Below, piece after piece: positions 17,260 through 29,200 of a stretch of 64,000 nt of DNA. The stretch covers positions 1,020,635 through 1,084,634 of the forward strand of contig NW_019217821.1 in NCBI RefSeq assembly GCF_002571385.2, written 5' to 3'. The translations under genes were made by a program, and so were the position numbers. Every line of letters starts with the position of its first letter. The first letter of the stretch is position 1. This DNA is from Stylophora pistillata. Taxonomy: Eukaryota. The notes beneath the pieces were generated by a model. That model saw only the letters and a program-made list of their open reading frames with translations, was not told where the DNA came from and did not search any database.

Positions 17260-20200
17260 CAAAACGTCTAATAAGATATATATATTCTCCACATCTGAAA
17301 AAAAAGCTCGGACAATGAACATTTACTTTGACCTTCTACATAGCAGCCTCAGAATTCTTTATCAGCTCTCATGGCTATTAAGATCTCTGCCAAATTTCAA
17401 TTCTTGTGAAGGTTTCCTTGATCCAAAGTATTCTTGGCTAGGTTTTTCAATCCTTTACACCTTTACTCTTTCTACGAGGCCTTTGTAGCATTTTGCTGTT
17501 TTTAATTAGTACCATCAGGATACCCAACTTCTAACTGCAGCATGAGTATAAAATTTTGTGTCTCACAATGACCAGTGGTTCTTATTGTGTTATTTCTCTT
17601 TTTGTTTAATCAGGTTCGTAGTGAAATTGCTGAGGAAGATGAGGAAAATGAGGAACTGAGTGTTAAAAAACCAAAACACAAGCAAAGGGACAAGTATGTA
17701 CTTATTATGTACTAGTCTGTGGCCTTGGTCATTTCCCAAAGACCAAACAATTTTATCTTTAATTGACTCATATTTTTTAGAAGAAAAGCTCAATATGTTT
17801 ACTACATTATACTGTTAGTAATACTTGGGTCTGATAAAGTGCTAATGCTCAAAATGTCAGCTTTGAAACTATTTACAGAGGTTAATTTACATTATCAACT
17901 CAGTTGATAAAAACAAGATTTTCATGTCTGATTCTTTTTGTTTGTTGATAGGGAAGAAGAAGATGGTGCAAATGAGATTGAGTTTACAACAAAACTGGGT
18001 AAGTCATTGATTTTTTACTTCATGATATGAAGAGGTCAATCCTTAGTCTGAATGTCTAGTGAGAAAAGTTTTGAATAAAAATTTAATGTTGTCAGTCATG
18101 TTGATGGACACCTAAGAAACATCATTAGAGTTGTGTAAGGAGTTCTCTTTTGAATCACTAGACTAAGTTTGGATTACTTATGGGCATTCTCTTGAAATGA
18201 GTAATTTGGCATTGTTGTATTCATGAAGAAACTTGCTGAAATGTTACGGAAAGTATCCCAACAGCTTATTTTGGAAGGTAATTTGTATTTTTGTTGACAA
18301 AACTTATCATGTTGGGAAATGTATATGTGGATGATGACGTTATTTTTGGTCCACAGGTCAAAAGATCTACAAATCGCTGTTCAGAAATCGGCCAGCAGAT
18401 AGAAATGAACTATTTCAGCCAGGGCGAATGGTATTTGATAACTTAACTACTGTTACAGTAACTTAAGTTTATTAAGGGTTTTTTAAATTTTGTGGTCTAC
18501 AAAACTTAATGTATGTAATAAAGGAATGAAAATGTTTACTTTCAGTTCTAAAGTCTCACTGACTGACAATACAAATGCTAAGAATGTGCTTAACTAACAA
18601 GCCAACTAGAGGGTGGGGGGGGGGACTGACTAATTGATTTATTATTACTGGCCTTTTTATTAAGCAGGGGGTTTATCGGAGATGGAAACTCAATAGGGAA
18701 GGGTTGGGGCTGAATTGAAGCCCACTGAGAACCAGGAAGTCAATCATTGTTTTCTTCTTAACTATTGCCCAGCATAAATAAATAATGCTCATTGCAGCTT
18801 GCATTTCTTTGATATGTGGACAAACTTGCTGGACTATACTTCAAATGGAAAGTATTGCTGGCCTCCAAATATATTATTTATGTTTTGAACTGAAACATAA
18901 AGTAGCTTAAACTTATAACAAGACAAGTTAGAGTGCAATTATTTGTGCAGCATTTGGAATCCATTGCTTTTCTATTTTGAATGTTTTTGTTCTTCAGTTT
19001 TCCTGAAGGGAGAGGAGAAGGGCAAGGGGGAAGGAAGGCATGCCCTCTGCTCTAGAGGAGGTGTGTATTGCATGCGAGATTTTCTTTTGATTGTTACTAT
19101 AAGTAAATAAAAACATTAAAAGTCATCTGATATTCTTTGCCCAGGCATACGTGTTTGACATTGAAGATGAATATGCTGAGAGTGATATACCCACAACTCT
19201 TATCAGGAGTAAAGCAGATTGCCCTGGAATTGAAGTTAGTGATATTGCGTAAATCTTCTCTTCTCATTTCATGATGGTAGGATAAAAGGACTTTAATTTT
19301 GAAAAGATCTAGACACTGAAATGCATGCCACTCAATTGAACTGGATCAAAGAAGGGGAAAAACACAACTAAATAATACGCATGACATTATGGAGATTTTT
19401 TTAATGAAGAAAATTTTAAGAGATGTATGAGATGCCACGCCAGGATAAACTGTCTTGTGTTATGTGTCTTGACTGTTACTTTACAATTAATAATATCTTC
19501 CATTTTTTCCCAGACTCAAGCTACACTCACTACTAATGACATTGTCATCAACAAATTGACCCAGATTTTATTGTACTTACGCCAAGGCACCAGAGGAGGG
19601 AAAAAGGTCAAGAAGAAGGATAAAGGTAGCTTATTATCCTTAAACTCCTATGAGTGACCAAGACAGAATTTCTCCTTACAATATCCACACAATATCAAGC
19701 AGACAAGTGACAAGAATAATTTAAAAGTAAAATATTAAGTCGGGAATAAGTAGTTGATTCAATGCTAAATTCTCCAAACTAATATCATAAGAATTGTATG
19801 GCAGACAGTGAGGAGAAGAACTATAATTGAGATCTTGGGAGTGAAATGGTCAATCCTTTACTCTCTAACATGACACCATGTATATTCTCCATACTGTTCT
19901 CTATACATTTCCCAAGTTGTTGACAAGAAGAATTGGTTTTAATAACAATCAAGAGCTTCTTTAATTGGTGATCATTTCCTTTATTCTCCTGACATTAATG
20001 TTTGATTCAGGGGTGATATTGTAAGCTGGAGAAATTAGATGATAATCACTCTCATTGTTAATGGGTCTTGTGTCTGGTTTTTATAGACAGTATACGCAGG
20101 GCTGCAAACTCAGCCAGCAACAATAATAGATTTTATTGAATGATCATTTGTTCATAAATGTTGGAATGCTTGAGAGCTGACTTTTTAAGTAGGTGGTATA

Positions 20201-23200
20201 TGGTAAACCTGTTGAAATAATCTTCAAATTGTGTATTAACATTGCATTGTATCCAGTAATTTTTGATTTTTAAAGACAAGTAGGTAAGATGTAATTTTGT
20301 GATATATTCTCCACTATTCATATTTTAAGGATATGAAGAACTTGTAGTAATTTAGTATTTGTTACTGATTCCATGTGTAGGAAAGGAGAGAGACAAAAAT
20401 GATAAACAGGGACAAAAGATAAGAGGGCCTGAAGCGGATGAAAGGTGAGAGCTCATAAGGAGTGTGTATTTAGAATACATTACAAAATGGGGGGTTTTCC
20501 ACACAGTAGGAAATAATTTTGGTCTTGAGACAGTGATCCAGCCTGTTATTGCCTTCTTGCTCCACTTGCCCTAGTTTTTTGGGCCAGATTGAACATGCTT
20601 TACAAATCCGTGATTTGTGCATCCTCGGAGACCCAGGGGCTGTGAGTCGATTTCAAGTTAAGGGCAGAAGAGCCCCTGGGGACATTGTCTTACAAGACTA
20701 GTTCCAAACGGTCGCAGTCGTTCTGGCATCTGGTTGGTGCTAGAAAATCTTTGTGTTTTTCTGCCCAATCAGGGTGAAGTGTGCTTTGGAGTCCTTTCGT
20801 GTGTTTTAACACGCACATATGCAAGAAGCTCTGTTGCTTGCCTTTGTTGTTTGGGCTGTGTGATGGAGCCTTGCTCGACGTGGAAAGTGTCAGTCTCAGC
20901 GCACAATGTGAGAGAAATCGATCAGATTGTTTGCAAAAATCTCACCGGAAATTATACTGAATACTTTCACAGGTATCACAAGAGAACGTGTATAAAAGTT
21001 TGCAAGCTTCGTATAAAACACGATGGCTGCAGGCGTTGATATGTTGCTTTAAACGTTAAACGAGATGTAAGCTAAAATCTTTCTAGATTTTTTGTACAAT
21101 TTGCTGTGTCTGAAACTTTTCCAATCTCCTGAAGTTATTTCGTCACATGGGCCACGCAGGTATGTCGAGCAACTGGCGCTTACGCTTACATAGCTTTCTG
21201 TGCACGACAAAATCTAATCTTTGCTTTGTAGTAAGTCTTTTACAATATGGCTGTTGTAATATGCCATTGCATATTTAATTAGCCCATAATTGTTTTGTTA
21301 TTTAGTCATTTATTCCCAGTATGCACCATTCTATTGTTCACACTTAATTAGTTGTAGATTGCGCCAAGAAATTGTTATTCATAGCGTGTGCGATTTGTAT
21401 TTAAAAAAGCCGTTAGGACACGAAAAAACCTTGCTCTCTAAAACGAAACGGTTGTGCGGTCATGATATATTTCTTCATGCAAGAGACTAAAAAAAAAACC
21501 ACAGAGGAAACAATGGCCAAAGTTGCAGAGAACGTTAAGTTCGTGGACGACCTCTAGGAAGCGCTTACAGAAAGCTTAGCTGTGTTTCCAGTTAGCTAAT
21601 TGAAATCTGAACAAAAACTAATTAACGAGCACATCGTGGGAAGTAGAGATGTTTTTGAACAGTTACCGAAGGGGTTTAGGAAGAGTTTAATCTTTCAACT
21701 GCTGCCTACTTAGTAGAGTGTTCAAATTCTTGAGCTCGAAAGGCCACGGATCCTCTTCTACTCCCTTAGTCATTGTGTCATTTCACCTCTTTTGTCGATT
21801 GTTGAAGACCGAGTTAAATACCTTTAAGAGATCATTGGGAATCGATGCAGCTGCTTTCATTGGGGAAAACAAAACTAAATACAGGGAAATATTGGATGGA
21901 AAGGGCAGGTTTGCTTTCTTGTAAATGTCAGCTTAGTACAGGGTCATCTACCCACATCCAATAAACAAAAGTTTCCACGCTTAGCTTTTCTATTTTTTCA
22001 GGTGAAGATAAGATTAGATTTTGGCACGCACAGAAAGCTGCGTAAGCACCAGTTGCTCCACATACCTGGGTGGCCCGTGTGACGAAATAGCTTCATGGGA
22101 TTGGAAAAGTTTCAGTTACAGCAAATTATACGAAAAATCTAGAAAGATTTAGGCTTACATCTCATCTAACGTTTAAAGGGACATATCAATGCCTGCAACC
22201 ATTATGTTTTATATGAACCTTGCAAACTTTTAAACACGTTCTCTTGTGATACCTCTGAAGGTATTCAGTATAATTACCGGTAAGATTTTCACGGACAATC
22301 TGATCGATTTCTCTCACATTGTGTGCCAAGACTGACACTTTTCACCTCGGGCAAAGCTTCATCGCACGGCCCAAACAACAGAGCTTCTTGTATATGTCCG
22401 TATTAAAACACACGAAAGGACTCCAAAGCACATTTCACTCTGATTGGGCAGAAAAACACAAAGATTTTCTGGCACCAATCAGATGCCAGAATGACTGCGA
22501 CCGTTTGGAACTAGTCTTGTAAGACAATGTCCCCTTGGCCTCTCCTGCCCTTAACTTGAAATTGACTCACAGCCCCTGGGTCTCCGAGGATGTGATTTGT
22601 GCTAAGAGTAGTTCTAACTTCTAAAAGTTAAGTCATGACCTCTGTTCTTAATAGTAATCTATATGAAATTAAATTATAGTAATTTACAAGTAATATATAT
22701 TTTTTGCTTTATTGCAGTATCTTTGGAGAAATTGGGGATTATGATCCTACTGCAAGCACAAAAGAGTATGAAAAGAAACAAAAGGTGAAAGAAAAAGACA
22801 GAAAGAAATCCAGGAATTCTAGCAGTTACTTTGAGGAGTCAGCTAAAAGAGAGGATGAGGTATGTAGTGTACTGGGTTGATACTTAGTTCTTATCAACCG
22901 AGCGGGAGGTCTGCATGGGAAAATCTTGACCGAGGTCGCCAGTACAGACTGAACGCAGGTCTGTACCAGCGATCGAGGTCAAGATTCTCCCATACAGNNN
23001 NNNNNNNNNNNNNNNNNNNNNNNNNNNNNNNNNNNNNNNNNNNNNNNNNNNNNNNNNNNNNNNNNNNNNNNNNNNNNNNNNNNNNNNNNNNGGAGAACTT
23101 GTGCTCATCATTATTTCTTGAGTCAGATGCTAAGTGTTTCCAACTTTCGGTGAAATTGTTTTCCCATCCATTTTTTATGTAACTTACAATTCTACAAAAA

Positions 23201-26200
23201 AAGATAACTTTATATATGCTTAAAAGAGAGAAAAAAAATACTGTTGTTGCTGTACGAACATTAGGCAGGAGGAATGATCGTACATCCGACCGCTCACCTG
23301 TGCTTTAGTTCGCGTTTGTTGGCGTCACTCGAAGCACTACCATCTTTCGCTGTTCCTACATGGTATGAAAGCCATGTTCTCAGCCTAGGCTTTGTTAAAT
23401 GACAAGGACAGTTTCCACTGAGTAATTGTAGCCTCTCTTCTTCTGAGAAAAATGCAAAATCTGAAGGGAAACTCATAATTATTTTTCTCGAATTTTCCTC
23501 ATTAGGTGCTTGGTTTCTCCTGAAAGATTGACCCGAAAGCCTCGCTTTTGCACACTCTGTAACTAATACCACTGTAAGGTGGGCTCAACTGTTAGTCTGT
23601 AATAACAGCTATTGGAAATCAGCACTCCTATAATCGGCGTCACATGGATCTGAGATAGTCTTTGTGATAGATAATTCACAGTCACTGTGTAATAGGATTA
23701 AAATGTCAACATAATATCTCATAGTGATAAAATAATGTGTATATTCAAACCAGTTAGAGAGGATTTAAGGGGGTAAGTTTTAACATTTTGATTGCATTTT
23801 TGCTATAATGACGTAATTGGTACACTGCATTATTTTAGTCTAAAAAAAGTGCTCCTTTTTTGTTTTGAATTTATTCTAGTGTATTTGCACTAAGTAATTA
23901 TTTAAAAGAGAAATTTGAATTGTTACCTTGAGTTCATTGTGATGACTATTTTTAATTGCTTCCATTATTTGATTTAATGTTATATCAATTGGTTAGTTTT
24001 CCTTTCTTTACAGCAACAGTTTAGTAAAAAAGGTAAGTGTGAACATAGTGAAAATTGTGATGTTTTTGTTTTTCATCGACATATTAAGAAGTTTACAAAT
24101 TTTGTAAACTGTTTACCTGTTACACCCCTTGTCAGCTTTGTTTTGTTTTGTTTTGTTTTAACAACTTTACCGGGTGTGACTAGACCCAGAAGGGTTAGTG
24201 CAAACGGAACACAAGGTCCATGCGAGGCACCACCCCTTCCCCCTAATTCACCCTGGGTAGACAGTAGAAACCCAAGGGAGTTATGAATCACAATTTGCAG
24301 TTTGAAGTACAAAGCACAACCTCATTTTATAACTTCCAATAATATATCAAGCAAACATGAAATGAGGACACTTGTCATCTAGTGGTTTTAATCTTGATCT
24401 ATGACCAAATTCTCCCAACTCATTGACACAAATATACTAAAAGGAGTTTTAAGGGAGAATTAAGTGATCAATTAGATCTTGGGGGTTGCATGGCTACAGT
24501 TTGATTCTCTGTTTAGAATTTTTTCAAATCTGTTTCAATAGATAGTCTTTTCTCTCATTCAATGCAGATGTTTCTGCTGAGGATTTTGCGAAGTCTGTCA
24601 CACAGACGTTTGGCAAAAGGGTATGTGTTTTTGATATTTTTCTGTGAATTCTGTATTTTTCAAAGTGACAAAATAAAATTTTTTTTTCGTCTTTTTTGTA
24701 ATTTATATTGACAGGAAATGGAACAAAGAGCTGCATGGGATTCAGTTGATCCAAAGTATCCTGTCAGACAAATAATGTCCTTATTAAAATTATGAGGCAC
24801 TTATTGAGAGAAGTGATGCATTAATCTGCCAATTTAAGTGCATGTCTTTATGATCACCTGTTGAGCAATCATACCAAACCTAATCATTTTTCCTCAGTAC
24901 AAATGTTTAAGTCAGAACATGTAAAACTCAGAGCTGATGCAACACTAGCCAAGACCATTCGCTAGCATAACCTTTTTTAGCCTTAACAAGTTTTTTTTTT
25001 TAAAGTCACTTGACTGTTTAACTTTGCTTTAGTCAAAGTTGTTAAGGGCTGGACATCTTATTATTCTGTTAATTTGATAGTTTAGGCTTTTGAATTTAAA
25101 ACCTTTATTTCCTGTGGTTTGAGTGATATAGTACATATTTTTCTACACCTGATGGTTATTGAACTTGACTCCTTCAAAGACGAAAGAAAAGAGACAAACA
25201 TGCACGCAAAGTGAAAGATGCTAATTACATTCCAGATAGCTATTCAGAGTGTTATCCAGGGTAAGTGATTTTATTTTAAGAAGGATTTTTTTTTGGGGGG
25301 GAGGGGGAGTGTCACAAGGTTTTCAAGGGTAATGGAGAGGGATCAATTTTTGCCAACAGCAGCGTATAAAGAGAAAGCTATAATAGAAAATTGTCTGCCA
25401 GTTAATTGCTAGTGATGGGGGAGAGGGAGCTCTATAGAATATTACATACATACATACAGATATAGGTTAATTGACCACTCCCCATAGGGGCTTTTCAGGG
25501 CCAACACCCACCCATACAGGGGGGGACATCCACCACACAGTAATCTCGTGCGTGGGAAATTAACGTCTCCTAACCCTAACTCTGCAAGAGATGGGGCCTA
25601 CGGTTTATTCGTCCTTATCCGAGTAGAATAGAATATCCATCCATTTCTTGATTATAGAAAGGTAGCAAATTCTCCTCACTTATTTTAAGACCATGAGTAT
25701 TGGTCCGGCTGGGGCTCGAACCCTCTACCTCCCGCACAAGACAATCTGGCGTTCTGACCAATTGAGCTAACCGGGAGGTGGTTAGCTCAACAGAGCCATA
25801 TTTTTAAAGTGTGGCTAAAAGGGAAGAAAAAGTATTTTAGACAATTGCAGTGTATGGAAGTATTTACTTGGTAGATTATTTTCCCCCTTGTTTAGTGCCG
25901 TTGATATGCCTTATGACAGTGATGAGGAAGCAGATTACAGTAAAATGGATTTGGTATGTTTTACTGAAGTTATTGTTATAATCATACTGAGCTTAGTGCT
26001 TGCTGGATTTGTTTTCCTACTTTAATACTCAATTGGCACAAGATAGAAGTTTGCTACTTAGGGGGAGACCTATTTTCTTTAGAACCAACATTTTGGGTCC
26101 CAATCAGCTAGGTCTATTAAAAACAAATACCTTACATCCAAGTAGGATTGGAATTACCATCCACACGATTATGCAACCCTTAAAAAAAAATTGAGTTGTT

Positions 26201-29200
26201 GAGTTTTTTTGCACTTATCTTTAAGAATCCATTGTAACAGCTGTTTCAGTTTGGAAAATAGCACTCTTGCACTGCTCTAGTATCACAGAGTTCGTAGGTT
26301 CAAGTCCTGTACAGGCCTGAAGTTTTCACTACTACTAAAGTGGTGTTCATTTCTGCAAAGATCACTCTGATATCTAGAACTGTGATATTCTGAATAATAT
26401 TCACTTTAATCAGATGAATATTTAATACTGAAAGATATAGGAATATTACTGATAATAGTTTTTATTACACACTAGTCTTGGCTTGAAAAATTTGATTGGC
26501 TTAGAGCATTCAATCAATATACAATAGTGTGTGAAGTCAACATGATAATGCAGTATCAAGACTTCAAGTTTGATAATTTGTGATATCATGCTCAACCTCG
26601 TCCTGTAATTGCATAGTATTCATTTTAAGAGTTTATTCTGTGCTGAAAATATGAAACATGATTTCAGAATGATTGAGTATTTGCCATTATAACCCACTCA
26701 TTAATTTTGGTGCAATTTTATTGGTTACTTTACGTCATGTGGTGCAAAATCACAGGACAGTTATCACACAATAACCCTTGTCTGCATTGATATTTGTCCT
26801 CCAATTTTTTCTGTTAAAAAGAAACATAGTCGACACAAGAGTTTCAACTTTTCCGTTCTCCTATTTACACGGAAGGAAACCAAACTCTTCTTTTTTTTTT
26901 GCTTGCAAAATTTCATATTGCCCTCGAAGCTTCGTTTCTCAGCCAAATATTCTTTTTTCGGACTCTCAGCCACGGACATTATCAGCTGACATAGCAGCTG
27001 CCCGAAGGGGTTTATTTACTAAATAATAATAATAATTAAAAAAAAGTCGGAGCAAGAAAACAAAAAGTTTGAGTTGAAGATATATTGAATATTAATTGAA
27101 CACTTAGAAAATAGCCTTATGCTGGGAATTTAACTATCATCATACCATTTTGATTTGTTCATTTTCAAAACTTACTTGTTTGTGTAGGTAGGTTTCAACT
27201 TTTTTGGTTCACTACTACCTGGTAATAAGAATTAAGTTATAGTTACCATTAATAATTTATTGACACTTAATTACTGTTTAACTCTACTTAATATACATAC
27301 TCGATAAAGTGCTCTTGATCTGTACATACCAGTAATTTAAGAGTTAAAAATGTTAAAATTAAAATTTTGAAGTTTACAAAAAATGGTATATAATATTAAT
27401 TTAATAACTATTTGTAAAAGATAAATGAGAATTGAAATGAAACTTTATGAACCCTTTAAATGGTAACAGGATTGTCTGGCTGGAACTTTGCCTGGCCGAA
27501 AATACTTTGCACCATTTGTTAGTACTTTTTAGTTGCATTCTTTGTTTTGTTATTGTGTTGTTTATTACTCTTTATTATGTAATTATTTATGCACTTTTAA
27601 TTTACAGATAAAGTGATTTTATTTATAATTTGAATTTTTTTTTATTTTATTCTGTTTTTTTTTTAGTTTATTTCTTGTTACCTTTTTTTTCTTTTCTTTT
27701 TTTTTGCACTTATTCTCAGTTTACCATTCTTCATCCGAGGATGGGCTCTGCAATTCATTTTGACACAAGTTTGATACACTGAGCACATTGGAACTTTCTG
27801 AGTAATCCAATGACTTTAAAATAGGATAATTTGGTTTTATCAACTAAGTTGATAAGTAAATGTAAAATCAGCTGCCATAGAAATTTTCAAAAACTTGCAT
27901 CTTGAGTGTTATCATTGTGCCAGAGCAAACAGAAATAAATCACAGACTTAAATGATAACCAATGTTAAAAGTGTTGATTAAATGATGAAATCTATAAACT
28001 TATTAAGCAAAAATTAATGATAAGAAATAATCAAGACGCTCCAAAATTTATTGTTAGCCCACACAGCCTCTGCTCAAAGGTATCATCCCTTTTCCTATCA
28101 TGTAAAGCCAAGATTACATCAAGTCTTTGCCCACGCATTATGTTGCACAAATCTAGGTTAGAGGGTCATTGAAATTAAAAATTAAGGGCTGTTTATTTTA
28201 AAGAAGGTCTAAGCAAAACCGCAGTTTTACAGAAGCAGTGGGCCCCAGGTATTATCAATGCGAGGGTTGATTTAATTATTATAAGTAAGTGTTTTTCCAC
28301 TGTTAGCTTTCAGCCCTCTTGAAACTGTCAACAAAAATAACTGTTTAGATAAATGATAAATAAACTGAAGATAGTTTCAAATGTGGTTTTGTCAACAAAG
28401 GCTAAACTTTGTTTAAATAACAAGCACTTAAAAATGGTTTTTTTTCTTTTTTTTTTTTTAGTGTTGGTTGTGTATATAGCTCCCAGGTCATGTGGGTAAC
28501 CAAATTAATAAAACAAATGATTGATATGAAAACTAACAAGTTTGATGATAACAGCGAGCAGTAAAGAAACCAATTGGCTATTTTAAAGCAAGGCTTAGGA
28601 CTTAAATTTGAGCCGCTGGATTGCATGTCTTAGGCTCTACCACCAGGCCACACCACCTGCGTTTAATAAAGTTTAACTGTATCCCATTTTTAAATTAACA
28701 ATAATTTTTACTGATGTGACAATTTCATCTTCCAGGGTAACAAGAAAGGTCCCATTAAAAGGTGGGACTTTGAGACAGAAGAGGATTATCACAGCTACAT
28801 GGAAAGTAGGGAAGCTCTTCCAAAGTAAGTATTTTTCCTTGTACTTATTACTGGTCTTAGTTGGTGTCAAATTTGTGTCTGTTTGTTTGTATGTTTGTCT
28901 GTGTTGTTGCTTCACCTTGTCAGACAAACTTTACAAGACAAAACATTGAAATTTATCTTGCAGAGCTGCCTTTCAGTTTGGAATTAAGATGTCTGAAGGA
29001 CGCAAAACAAGACGTGCTGGTCCTAAAGATGAGAAGGCTAAATTAGACAGGGACTGGCAGAAAATTAGTCAGGTACATGTCAGATCATTATACAGTTTCA
29101 TGTCAATTTTAAAAGAAATTAATAAAAACTTTGTTTGCCCCTCGAGCACCAGTAATCACAAAGTGATTTTTTGAAATTTTGTCAAACTACAATAATTGCT

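Noticed and set aside
25570-25580. CTAACCCTAAC, identical to a telomerase RNA template
   Set aside because: It lies inside a SINE body with no pseudoknot or H/ACA context, and it is too short to be an interstitial telomere.
27100-27720. Possible decayed L1/Tx1-like 3' end
   Set aside because: The sequence is too AT-rich and degenerate to support a call by eye.
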